64,000 nt of DNA from Octopus vulgaris (GCA_951406725.2 OX597842.1:13764001-13828000), one strand, 5' to 3'; numbered from the stretch's first letter, positions 12,309 to 24,477 are shown. Notes: a model not told the origin generated them from the letters alone. Program-made: numbers and translations.

Positions 12309-12852
12309 TATTTCTTTACTACCCACAAGGGGCTAAACACAGAGGGGACAAACAAGGACACACAAAGGGATTAAGTTGATTATATCGACTCCAGTGTGTA
12401 ACTGGTACTTAATTTATCAACCCCGAAAGGATGAAAGGCAAAGTCGACCTCGGCGGAATTTGAACTCAGAACGTAACGACAGACGAAATACCTATTTCTT
12501 TACTACCCACAAGGGGCTAAACACAGAGGGGACAAACAAGGACAAATGGATTAAGCCGATTATATCGACCCCAGTGTGTAACTGGTACTTAATTTATCGA
12601 CCCCGAAAGGATGAAAGGCAAAGTCAACTTCAGCGGAATTTGAACTCAGAACGTAATGGCAGAGGAAATACCTATTTCTTTACTACCCACAAGGGGCTAA
12701 ACACAGAGGGGACAAACAAGGACAAATGGATTAAGCCGATTATATCGACCCCAGTGTGTAACTGGTACTTAATTTATCGACCCCGAAAGGATGAAAGGCA
12801 AAGTCGACCACGGCGGAATTTGAACCCAGAACGTAATGGCAGAGGAAATACC
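12309..12852 (-). repeat. Tandem trimer of 5'-truncated SINE family B (~180-bp units)
   Basis: TATTTCTTTACTACCCACAAGGGGC recurs at ~12309, ~12493 and ~12673. Confidence 0.85.
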
Positions 12853-13044
12853 GAAAAAAATAATGAAAAACGTCTTTGAATGTGAGAGGGACAATGAAAC
12901 GACGAAGGTGGTCATGTGATGTGCTGGAAACAACAGCTAAATCTTCCTTGGCCAATGGTGATTAGTAATAACATCGCAGCACTTGTATCAGAGATAAAAA
13001 CACAGGGCCACACTTAAGGGTGTTGCATGCGATCATTCGAAGAG

Positions 13045-13324
13045 GGTACTACAAGCGAACAGTGGTCCCGGTGCGCGCACACGCGCAAGCTAGTCGTAAG
13101 TAGTCGATCCTGCAACGACTTGCGCGAATGTTTGTATTTCAAGGCTGAATACATATCAAAGGAAATTAAATAATTTTTAAAACTAAGTTAATAAATTATT
13201 TTTATAAACAAACTAAGGTTAGGGTTAGGTTTAGGCTTAGGGTTAAAAAGTCGTTGTAGGATCGACTACTTACGACTAGCTAGCGCGGATGCGCGCCCCG
13301 AGACAACTATTCGCTAGTAGTACC
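13045..13324. mobile_element. Merlin-like MITE with internal TTAGGG-like tract
   Basis: GGTACTAC...GTAGTACC TIRs; same family as 521-805. Confidence 0.75.
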
Positions 13325-13375
13325 GATAAAAACACAAGGCCACACTTAAGGGTGTTGCATGCGATCATTCGAATG

Positions 13376-13573
13376 GGTACTACTAGCGAACAGTGGTCCC
13401 GGTGCGCGCACTCGCGCTAGCTAGTCGTAAGTAGTCGATTCTACAACTATCTAGCAAAGTAAATAAAACACAAAATAAATAATTTTTTAAACAAAGTAAG
13501 GATCGACTAGTCATGACTAGCTAGCGCGGATGCGTGAGTGCGCGCACCGGGACCACTGTTCGCTAGTAGTACC
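13376..13573. mobile_element. Merlin-like MITE (shorter variant)
   Basis: GGTACTACTAGCGAACAGTGGTCCCGG...CCGGGACCACTGTTCGCTAGTAGTACC; near-perfect TIR. Confidence 0.8.
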
Positions 13574-13984
13574 GGGCCACACTTAAGGGTGTTGCATGCG
13601 ATCATTCGAAGCGTAGAGTGTCCGTCTTACTAATTAATGACCACGATGGTAATTGTGGGGCCTGAATTTACCCCCGTGGGTCTCTACGATATCGTTTCCT
13701 TTAATCTGTACAAAGACGGTCAACACATCTTCATCATAACACAAATATCTTTTAAATACTTTCTAGAACAATTTCGAAATAAACTTTGTGGTTCATTGCT
13801 GAGATCCGTCGAATACTAACGAGAATTATTTTTACTTTTATCTAATTAAAGCGAAGATCGCCCTAATTATTAATTAAAGATAATTAGTTATAGTAAATAG
13901 AAATATCGATCAGAAACATTTAAAGGTTTCCAATTATCAATTTCCACCTTAAGTTTAGTAAATAATATATAATAGTGTATATAT

Positions 13985-14092
13985 CTTACCTTTTATTTGT
14001 ATATAAACCCGTATTTACAGCGATTCTATCCAAAATCTTTCCTTGATCAACAAAAGTCACGGATTTTATGGCGCGAACAACCCGGAAGTGAT
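13985..14092 (-). promoter_or_regulatory. Candidate ZNF promoter / non-coding first exon with 5' splice donor
   Basis: ETS-type CCGGAAGT at ~14082-14089 in apparently non-repetitive DNA containing CpGs; minus-strand donor AAAAG|GTAAG at 13990/13989. Confidence 0.4.
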
Positions 14093-14275
14093 ATTTGACA
14101 ACAGAAATTATAAAACCCGACTCGGAAACACAAAAAAACGAAATGGCTTTAATTTCTGCAGAGAAGCTGTTACACAAATAACAAAACATTATTTCTGAAA
14201 ACTTAGACTTAAAATACACGTTGTTTAAATATACTGTAATTAAAAAAAAATTTCTAGCAATATATAATCAATGAA

Positions 14276-14430
14276 GGTACTATTTAAGAAGAGTGGTCCC
14301 GATGCGCGCACTCGCGTACACACGCAAGCTAGTCGTGACTAGTCGATCCTTACTTTGTGGTTTTGCTTTATTTACTTCGTTAAAAAAAAACTGTTTACTT
14401 CGTGTTTTATTTACTTTGTTTAAAAAAAAT
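14276..14430. mobile_element. Truncated Merlin-like MITE (left end only)
   Basis: GGTACTATTTAAGAAGAGTGGTCCCG..., same subfamily as 16157-16402. Confidence 0.6.
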
Positions 14431-14432
14431 TA

Positions 14433-15405
14433 GGATCTTTCGGTTTGAACGGCAGTTTTTTCTAGCGGTGTCATATGAAATTGTCACCCATAATTATGAC
14501 CCTAGTATCGATCTATTGCATTTCAATCTGTTTTAGGGTTAGGGGGAAGGGTATCTTTTTTGGGATCTTTTCGGTTTGAACGGCAGTTTTTTCTAGTGTG
14601 TCATATGAAATTGTCACCCATAATTATGACCCTAGGATCGATCTATTTCATTTCAATCTGTTTTAGGGTTAGGGGTGGGGGAAGGGTATCTTTTTTTTGA
14701 TCTTTTCGGTTTGAACGGCAGTTTTTTCTAGTGTGTCATATGAAATTGTCACCCATAATTATGACCCTAGTATCGATCTATTGCATTTCAATCTGTTTTA
14801 GGGTTAGGGGTGGGGGGAAGGGTATCTTTTTTTATCTTTTCGGTTTGAACGGCAGTTTTTTCGTAGCGGTGTCAAATGAAAATGTCACCCATAATTATGA
14901 CCCTAGTATCTATCTATTGCATTTCAATCTGTTTTAGGGTTAGGGTTAGGGGTGGAGGGAAGGGTATCTTTGTAACATAATTTCTAGGTAACTAAAAAAT
15001 TTTAAACTTTGTATACTGGTAGAATGTGTTTATAAAACATCATTTTCTCTTGGCTTTATTGAGAAAATTCTATAGTTTGTAAGATATTTCGTCTTTAATT
15101 TCTTGCATTTCGGCACTTTTAACCAATCGCTGACCGTTCATTGAGGTGAAAGCATTCTGTGCGTCATTAATATGTCCCTCGTTTAAGAACCAGATTGGGT
15201 TTATTTACATTTGTGAAGGAAAAAAGATACCCTTCCCCCACCCGTAACCCTAACCCTAAATCTTAAAATAGATTGAAATGCAATAGATCGATACTAGGAT
15301 CATAATTATGGGTGACATTTTCATTTGACACCGCTACGAAAAACTCCCATTTTCCCTAGCGGTGTCGTATGAAATTGTCACCCATAATTATAACCCTAGT
15401 ATCTA
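14433..15405. mobile_element. Unclassified TIR element whose ~132-bp terminal arm is repeated 4x in tandem; arms contain TTAGGG
   Basis: GGATCTTTTCGGTTTGAACGGCAGTTTTT units at 14433, 14563, 14699 and ~14834; inverted arm at ~15219-15348. Confidence 0.7.
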
Positions 15406-15589
15406 TAACTGTGGCAAACTCCTCCGTGATAAAATTTCAAGTAGAGTTCAAAATTGTCTTGTATACATTTCTGCCAGTGAAAAAGAGATATTTTACGGTT
15501 AATTTCAGTTCAGAAAAAATATTTCACAGTTATTCTATTATAGATTTATAAAAAAACAATATAACACCTGTTCTGTATAAACCATTTCA

Positions 15590-16158
15590 TGCTGTGTGGT
15601 AAGTAGCTTGCTAACCAGCCACATGGTTCCGGGTTCAGTCCCACTGCGTGGCATCTTGGGCAAGTGTCTTCTGCTATAGCCCCGGGCCGACCAAAACCTT
15701 GTGAGTGGGTTTGGTAGACGGAAACTGAAAGAAGCCTGTCGTATATATGTATATATAGGCGCAGGAGTGGCTGTGTGGTAAGTAGCTTGCTAACCAGCCA
15801 CATGGTTCCGGGTTCAGTCCCACTGCGTGGCATCTTGGGCAAGCGTCTTCTGCTATAGCCTCGGGCCGACCAATGCCTTGTGAGTGGCTTTGGTAGACGG
15901 AAACTGAAAGAAGCCTGTCGTATATATGTATATATATATATATATACATGTATGTGCCTGTGTTTGTGTGTTTGTCCCCCTAGCATTGCTTGACAACCGA
16001 CGCTGGTGTGTTTACGTCCCCGTCACTTAGCGGTTTGGCAAAAGAGATCGATAGAATAAGTACTGGTCTTACAAAGAATAAGTCCCGGGGTCGATTTGCT
16101 CGACGAAAGGCGGTGCTCCAGCATGGCCACAGTCAAATGACTGAAACAAGTAAAAGAG
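15590..16158 (+). mobile_element. SINE family A (duplicated head)
   Basis: Two heads (~15590 and 15758) followed by body and tail. Confidence 0.8.
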
Positions 16159-16402
16159 TACAATTTAAGAAGAGTGGTCCCGGTGCGCGCACTCGTGTAC
16201 TCGCGCATCCGCGATAGCTAGTCGTGACTAGTCGATCCTACAACGACTACCTAGCGAAGTAAATAAAACACAAAATAAATAATTTTTTTACACAAAGTAA
16301 ATAAAACAAATACAGAGTACGGATCGACTAGTCACGACTAGCTAGCGCGGATGCGCATGTACGCGAGTGCACGCACCAGGACCACTCTTCTTAAGTAGTA
16401 CC
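16157..16402. mobile_element. Merlin-like MITE
   Basis: GTACAATTTAAGAAGAGTGGTCC...GGACCACTCTTCTTAAGTAGTACC inverted ends. Confidence 0.7.
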
Positions 16403-16443
16403 ACCATTTCATTTAATCTTTCGAAGTCGATAAAATTAACGAT

Positions 16444-16846
16444 AGGCGCAGGAGTGGCTGTGTGGTAAGTAGCTTGCTTACCAACCACATGGTTCCGGGT
16501 TCAGTCCCACTGCGTGGCATCTTGGGCAAGCGTCTTCTGCTATAGCCTCGGGCCGACCAAAGCCTTGTGAGTGGATTTAGTAGACGGAAACTGAAAGAAG
16601 CCCGTCGTATATATGTATATGTATGCGTGCGTATGTTTGTGTGTCTGTGTTTGTCCCCCTAGCATTGCTTGACTATCGATGCTGGTGTGTTTATGTCCCC
16701 GTCACTTAGCGGTTCAGCAAAAGATACCGATAGAATAAGTACTGGGCTTACAAGGAATAAGTCCCGGGGTCGAGTTGCTCGATTAAAGGCAGTGCTCCAG
16801 CATGGCCGCAGTCAAATGACTGAAACAAGTAAAAGAGTAAAAGAGA
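16444..16846 (+). mobile_element. SINE family A
   Basis: Full-length copy. Confidence 0.8.
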
Positions 16847-16985
16847 GAGTCGAGGTAAAAGAGAAAGTGTTAATATCATCCGATATCCAGCAATAACAGA
16901 GAAACTGTATAAGCTAGAGAAGAGAGTCAAACAATTGAAATTTAGCTGGGGAAATTTCAATACATTTCTCTACTGATTGTGTGTA

Positions 16986-17473
16986 CCGTAAATCCTCGAG
17001 TATAATCCGCATTTTCCCCCCAAAATTTAAAGGTCAAAATCCCTAGTGCGTACTATATACGAGGTTAAAAATGAAGATTATTTTCTAAGCAATGTCCGAG
17101 TCTCTATTTGCTGTCCGGCAATGCTTATTCAGACGCAATTTGTGATGTCGGGCGTGAAAATACCTTAAGCTAAGCCTGAAAGCAATGAAGTCATAAAAGA
17201 ATCATCCATAACTTGCAGTAAGCAACATTTATTAAACGTTATTACTGTTATTACTGTTATTTCTTTATTTTCTGCAAACAAAATGCACAAAAAAAGCTAC
17301 ACGTTTGCATTATGATATATATACAATACTAATAAAGGACGTTACCGTATACATTTTATATAGACCTCCTTGACTCAAGTTAGAGAAGGGGTGCGTATTA
17401 TACACAAGGTTTAGGTTTTTCAGAGGTACAGCCCGTTAAAAATCCCCTACGTATTATACTCGAGGATTTACGG
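16986..17473. mobile_element. Tc1/mariner-superfamily (pogo-like) MITE
   Basis: TA|CCGTAAATCCTCGAGTATAA ... TTATACTCGAGGATTTACGG, perfect 20-bp TIR; the right-hand TA is degenerate. Confidence 0.75.
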
Positions 17474-18021
17474 AGGTTACAAACATTAATGTGAACAACT
17501 GGAATTTATCTTGAAAACTACGCGCCTTCACTAGTCAGTAAAGGTGAGACAGTGTCACGTGACAACTTGCTGGGCCTGCCTGCTGGAGACTAGCGGCAGG
17601 TATTTAAAGGGTAAAATTTGACAAGTCAAACAGTCACCGGCTGACACTCGCTGACGATACATCGAAGAGGCCAGGGAACAGAAGGAAGAAGACATGCACC
17701 CAACACCAGAGCTGAACACACACCCGGAAGATGGGGGGTCACGCCACGTCAAAACGGTAGAGGGGTAGGGGCCGAAACCGGACGTGGTTCTTCCTGATGA
17801 TGTCTTGAGCTAACTGGATCCTATAAAGGAGCTGTTGTGGTAGCAGACCACGAAACACGGTTGTATCATGTGTTGTCTACATATTTACAGACCTCAGCTA
17901 CACCTCTATAATGTCTAAAACCTTTCGTGTAAAACTACAAAGAAATTGACGATAACACTTTTACAATACAGTAAAGTGTGAGTGTAAATCTATCTCTAGC
18001 AGACGGAGCAACTTTCTAAAG

Positions 18022-18594
18022 CAGTGATTTTCAAACTTTTTGCTGGAGCGGAACCCAAAAGGAAACATTCCACTGGCTCGAGGAACCCCTGTGCAATAAT
18101 TTAATAGTCTTATGCACACATATCTGCACAGGAGAATTAAAAATTACTGCCGATTTTAACAGTTTTGTAACTTCTTGCGGAACCCTAAGGTTCCGCGGAA
18201 CCCTGGTTGAAAACCACTGATCTTATGTATAATATTGTAGATAGTATTACTGGCTGTTGTTGCTGTTCAGCCCCGGGTCAGTCTAGATCTAACAGATGTA
18301 TGCCCAGATATTCCAGCTGTGACCATTCCATCTTTTATTCAGGCATAGTGTATCTAGGAGTACATTATCTAATGCAGTGCTTTTCAAACTTTTTGCTGGA
18401 GCGGAACCCAAAAGGAAACATTCCACTGGCTCGAGGAACCCCTGTGCAATAATTTAATAGTCTTATGCACACATATCTGCACAGGAGAATTAAAAATTAC
18501 TGCCGATTTTAGCAGTTTTGTAACTTCTTGCGGAACCCCTGCACTGTACTGGCGGAACCCTAAGGTTCCGCGGAACCCTGGTTGAAAACCATTG
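18022..18594. mobile_element. Two hAT-like MITEs (18022-18219, 18375-18594) flanking a 155-bp segment
   Basis: CAGTG...TTTTCAAAC / GTTGAAAACCA(C/T)TG ends; outer 8-bp TSD TTCTAAAG at 18014-18021 and 18595-18602. Confidence 0.85.
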
Positions 18595-18976
18595 TTCTAA
18601 AGGGTTTCTCGGTGGCTTAATACTCCTGTTTAGCCGTAGCTCAGCTGTGACTGACCAGGTCAACAGTCAGAGACAGCAAAGGAAGTAAAGAAGAGAGTCG
18701 AATGAAAAATAAAGTCTCAATTCAATGATTGTACATCAGATGAGAGGGTCATAAATGGATTACGATGTAAATTATAGAAAACTAGGAGTGTTTAGATATG
18801 AAAGAATTCAGACACCACAAAAAACGTGTTAATGAACACTTACAAGGGATTTATTTTATGAAAGGCTCCAAAAGGGAAAGCTGATACTTTATAATTTGCT
18901 ACAGTTTTGTGGTTTATTTCGTCACCATAGTGACGGTCCAGGTAATAATTCCGCAGTAAATAAATCTCATTTGTGT

Positions 18977-19568
18977 TGGCGGAACTGGCAGGGATGTTAG
19001 CACGCCGGGCGAAGTGCTTCGCAGTATTTCGACCGTCGCTAATTTCTGAGTTCAAATTCCGCCGAGGTCGAGCCTTTCATCCTTTCGGGGTCAATAAATT
19101 AAGTACCAGTTACGCCCTGGGGTCAATGTAATCGACTTAATCCGTTTGTCTGTCCTTGTTTGTCCTCTCTGTGATTAGCCCCTTGTGGGTAGTAAAGAAA
19201 TAGGTATTTCGTCTGCCGTTACGTTGTGAGTTCAAATTCCGCCAAGGTCGACTTTGCCTTTCATCCTTTCGGGGTCGATTAAATAAGTATCAGTTACGCA
19301 CTGGGGTCGATGTAATCGACTTAATCCGTTTGTCTGTCCTTGTTTTCCCCTCTGTTTTTAGTCCCTCGTGGGTAATGAAGAAATAGGTATTTCGTCCGCT
19401 GCTACGTTCTGAGTTCAAATTTCGCCGAGGTCGACTTAGCCTTTCATCTTTTCGGGGTCGATAAATTAAGTAGCAGTTACGCACTGGGGTCGATGTAATC
19501 GACTTAATCCGTTTGTCTCTCCTTGTTTGTCTCCTCTATGTTTAGCCCTTTGTGGGTAGTAAAGAAAC
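18977..19568 (+). repeat. Tandem trimer of SINE family B
   Basis: One head followed by three ~181-bp body/tail units joined at GTATTTCG. Confidence 0.85.
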
Positions 19569-20126
19569 AGATACTCGAACGAGAATTCAATAAAATTAAC
19601 ATACACACACACACACACACACATACACACACACACCTATACACAGAGAGAGGGAGCGAAAGAGATCGTTTTGAATCATGGCGCAATTGAACCGGAATCT
19701 AAATAAAAAAAAAGGTATTTTCAAACACAAACTCGGAAAGGCAAATGACTAAATGTACTAAGGCTCCGAATATTTGCTGATAAAAGAAATGAATGGATTA
19801 TTTTTTTTTCATTTATAATAATATTGAGAGTTTCGTACAAAGCACATATCTTTACAGGTTTCAATTTATGCGATCAGACTTTAGCTTCGGTTAATTCGCG
19901 ACCGAAAGAAATAGATTGACTACACTTTATAAAGCAAAATATTATGAGTTTCCGAATGTCGAAGAACGAAAATAACGGAGAAACAAAATAAAGCAAAATG
20001 AAAGGGAACTATAAACAGAACTAGTGCGCATGCGTTCACCAGAAAAAAAACCCCAAAAAAAAACACGGACAGTAACTCTTATTACATCCCTTTATTCGTA
20101 AATAATTTTATTGTCTGTTGGTAACC

Positions 20127-20600
20127 GCGAGCTGGCAGAAACGTTAGCACGCCGGGCGAAATGCCTAGCCGTATTTCGTCTGCCGTTAAGTGTTCTGGGT
20201 TCAAATTCCGCCGAGGTCGACTTTGCCTTTCATCCTTTCGGGGTCGATTAAATTAAGTACCTATTTCTTTACTACCCACAAGGGGCTAAACACAGAGGAG
20301 ACAAACAAGGACAGACAAAGGGATTAAGTCGATTCCATCGACCCCAGTGCGTAACTGGTACTTAATTTATCGACCCCGAAAGGATGAAAGGCAAAGTCGA
20401 CCTTGGCGGATTTGAACTCAGAACGTAACGGCAGACGAAATACGGCCACGCATTTCGCCCAGGGTGCTAACGGTTATGCCAGCTCACGGCCGATTAAATT
20501 AAGTACCAGTTACGCACTGGGGTCGATGTAATCGACTTAATCCCTTTGCCTGTCCTTGTTTGTCCCCTCTGTGTTCAGCCCATTGTGGGTAGTAAAGAAA
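20127..20600. mobile_element. Nested SINE family B (minus copy inside a plus copy)
   Basis: The plus copy is split around a minus copy (~20261-20490); CGATTAAATTAAGTACC is duplicated on both sides. Confidence 0.75.
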
Positions 20601-21599
20601 TTTATATACACAGAATCTCAGACAGTGTTTCAGGGAGAAAAAACAACAAAGTATTCTCTTTTATCTCGAACTTGTTTCAGGCAATACACTGCGGCCATGC
20701 TGTGGCACCGCCTGAAGAATTTTTAGTCGAATAAATCTACCGCCGTACTTGTTTGTTTTTCTTTTTTGTCCTTTCTTAGTAAGGCTGATACTTAATCTCT
20801 TTGCTCAATCGCGATACGATGGGGGCGTAAACACACCGACAGCTGCTGTCAAGCGGTGGCATGTTGCAAACACTGAAACGCACACACGCATACACACACA
20901 AACAAACATACACATATAAAGATACACATCCATACATACACACATGGTACATAGTTACATAACACGCATACACACAGACATGCACACACAAGGAGACGGA
21001 GGTGCATACACATACAAATACATGCTCACACACACACATACATAGAAAATACACAAACACACACATGCAAGCACATAAATATGCAGGATACGTACATACA
21101 GATGCACACACACACACATAAATACGTACGTGCATGCATGTATAGGCACACACACATTCTGACCCACTGACCCCCACACATGCGCACAAACAAGCAAAAG
21201 GGAGCGCAGTGTAAATAACGGACAGAGTCAAAAACTATTGAAACGGTTGCAAGACGCAACGAAAATTTTAGGAAAATAAAAATAAGGACAACAACGCGAG
21301 GACGTGGAACAAATACAGTATTATTGGACGCTCAGGAAAGAAGGAAAGAAGGAGGGTTTAATGTTTCGAGCGGAGCTCTTCGTCGGAAACATAGGAACAG
21401 GAAAGATCCAGAGAAGGGAAGACAGAGGAAAAAAAATCGCCAACGGTACACACGCGGTCACATTAATGAGGGTTCAGCAAAGATTTGCTGAACCCTTATT
21501 AATAAGTATTACTTAAGTTTACCGTGAAATGGTCCTTTTTTTCATACCGAATTCTACTTGGTGAAATTATTGATTACTTCTTAATTAATTAATTTTACC

Positions 21600-22096
21600 C
21601 TTTGTAAGGGTTTGTAAGGGAAATAACTATATAAGCATTTTTAGAGAGTTACTTCCCTTATAGATGCCAATTCGGGCTTTCTTAGCCATTTCTGTTTTGG
21701 TGTCTTCAAGCCATGAAGTCGTTGTTCTAAAAGAACGCTGGTCTCCTTGACAACGCTTTACGACGTTGATTTCCTTACACTCCCTTCCCCACAGCTTCAC
21801 GAGGGAGGGAAGAAGGGAGAAAAGCAACACAGGTGCAGGTGTGACCATGGACGCCAACTCCACCGCCATCGACACACGAAAAATTATGCATTAAAATGGA
21901 ATAAAAAATGATGTTAAATTATTTTTAAAATCGTAGACTCATCGTAGATGCGCGCTAATACTCAGACGGGCTCGATATGAATCACGACTATAAGATACCC
22001 GAATTTGGTTAAACTGCACCGCAAAATGTAAGAGTAGTTAGGAATCTAAATCGAAGGGGACAGACACTCACACAACTACAGTTTTATATATATAGA
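21600..22096 (-). mobile_element. Non-autonomous Helitron-like 5' portion
   Basis: The minus strand begins A|TCTATATATATAAAACTGTAGTTGTGTG, like 3097. The 3' end was not identified and the left boundary is approximate. Confidence 0.5.
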
Positions 22097-22733
22097 TATG
22101 TATATATACATACTGTCGCAATGATTATGATGATTATGATATATAATCCTTTTGCATTCACGCCTCAACTCCTACTGCAACACTCGTTGCTCAATAGAAT
22201 ATATGCTTGGGTATTTCGATAGGTTTGAGACGTAATTCATTGCACAATTGTGAATATCTTTTGTATTTTATCAATATGGTGACCATCCCACATATAGACA
22301 CATAGAAACGCACACACATTCACAAATATGTGCGTGTGCGTGTGTGTTCGTACATACATATGCGTAGGCATTATATAATTGTATAAAAATCATAAACCTT
22401 TGTCAACTTTATTGCATTTGAGAACAAATGAAATTAGAGACTTTTCTGCTTAACATCCCAAGAAATCTCCGCCTAACACTTACTCGCACACAAACACACA
22501 CATGCACACAGATGTATGTGTGCGTATGTATCTGTGTGCGTACAGTTTTATTCTCTCATATTTTGTCTTTGGTCAGTGACCTAGAGGTTTGTTATCGCAG
22601 CAAATCGAAGTGTTTTACTCAAACTGAATACTGTATGTGATTGAAGCCTTCTGTTTATTGTTTCTTTACCTTTTGCCTAACTGCTAACTTACATGTACAC
22701 ACACACACACATACATACACACGTACACACACG

Positions 22734-22795
<62 letters not shown>

Positions 22796-23093
22796 TCCTA
22801 AATCTAATTTTTCCCTGTAAGTTTGGATTTATTCCCTATTATATATATGGTGCTATTAAGTTAGACATGGCCTGGGCCAATAATGGCCGAAACCTATCAA
22901 AGTATCAAAGTATATATATATATACAATACATATAAAGGGTGAAATATAATTAATTTAATAAAATCAATAAATTTCACCTCGTAGTCTTTCGGTATGGAA
23001 AGGACCATATTCGGTAAAAAATATATATAATTATAATAAAGGGTTATTTGCAACAAGTTGGTGGTTTAAGCAACTTGTTGTAAATAACCCTTT

Positions 23094-23144
<51 letters not shown>

Positions 23145-23255
23145 CACACACGCACATGTATATATACATCTACATACATACACATACCTACAAAACATAC
23201 ATACATACATACATAAATATATATGTATACATATATGTATATACACACACAGACA

Positions 23256-23302
<47 letters not shown>

Positions 23303-23531
23303 GCGGCGAGCTGGCAGAAACGTTACCACGCCGGGCGAAATGCGTAGCCGTATTTCGCCTGTCGTTACGTTCCGAGTTCAAATTCCGCCGAGGTAAACTT
23401 TGCCTTTCATCCTTTCGGGATCGATAAATTAAGTACCAGTTACGCACTGGGGTCGATGTAATCGACTTAATCCCCTTTGTCTGTCCTTGTTTGTTCCCTC
23501 TGTGTTTAGCCCCTTGTGGGTAGTAAAGAAA
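23303..23531 (+). mobile_element. SINE family B
   Basis: Full head GCGGCGAGCTGGCAGAAACG plus core. Confidence 0.8.
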
Positions 23532-23769
23532 TATATATATATAAAGACATATCTTCACATCAGGTTAAATATATACATCGTAACGTATATACACAAACAT
23601 TAAAAAAAAAACTGTCCGATTTACATAATATTAAAAATGTTAAAATGAGGAAATTACACAATAATTTAATATGTGTGTATGTATATGTGTATATATGTGT
23701 ATATATGTATGTATGTATGAATGTATGTATTATGAATGTATGTGTATGTGTGTGATTTACTGAGTCATC

Positions 23770-24405
23770 ACAAGCTTAAATTTGTAAATCAGTCAAAGGC
23801 TTTTTTTAAACTGAAGTCGAAATAAACAATAGCATTCTTTGGGAGAAAGCAATCAGATTCTTCCAATGTTTTTCTAACTTACGGCCGTTTCACTTATGGA
23901 TGACTATAATACCGTCATCAATGTATAATCCTACTTCTATTAAAGGGCATTTTAGATGCAGGTTATGCACAATATCAGTTCCTATAACCATACACAACTC
24001 CGCCGCATCATATTTCCCCATCGGCACCTCGAACAGAGAATCCTCACTCTTTTTGACACAGGTGGAAACATCGTAAAGAAGGGATTTCCTTGATTGCAGG
24101 AGAATATTTTCTAGCTACCGATATTGACATACTGCTTGTCAAAGTCTATGCTTTAGAAGCAAAGGCCTAGATTTTGACAGGTAAATAGCGACTATATCGA
24201 ACTGCGTAAGTCTACCATTATGATTATGGCTAATTCCATTGGACCAAGGTATCACTGACTTGCCATTTTTCCAAATCTGTAAGTTTAATTCCGAATTTAA
24301 CTTGCTTAAAATACGATAAAAAATGTATTTGCTAATAATGTCTATATCAGTTTTAGCTGGGTTATATAGTCTACATTAAGAGTTTCTATATGTGTATATT
24401 TCAAA
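23770..24405 (-). pseudogene. Penelope-like RT fragment, Naiad/Chlamys-type
   Basis: Hand translation across stops and frameshifts: [72 protein letters not shown]. Not in the ORF track. Confidence 0.75.
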
Positions 24406-24428
24406 ACAGATATATATATATATATACA

Positions 24429-24477
<49 letters not shown>

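Noticed and set aside
12376-12879. 167-aa repetitive ORF
   Set aside because: Antisense read of tandem SINE copies.
12993-13610. CRISPR-like repeat-spacer-repeat pattern
   Set aside because: The 'spacers' are 200-280 bp MITEs of one family; there are no cas genes and the context is eukaryotic.
22868-22900. GGCC...GGCC-GAAAC hammerhead candidate
   Set aside because: No CUGANGA core upstream.
23875-23925. Minus-strand hammerhead candidate (TTGATGA...GAAACGGCCGTA)
   Set aside because: The core and stem I do not fit; the sequence is better explained as RT coding sequence (GLYIDDG).
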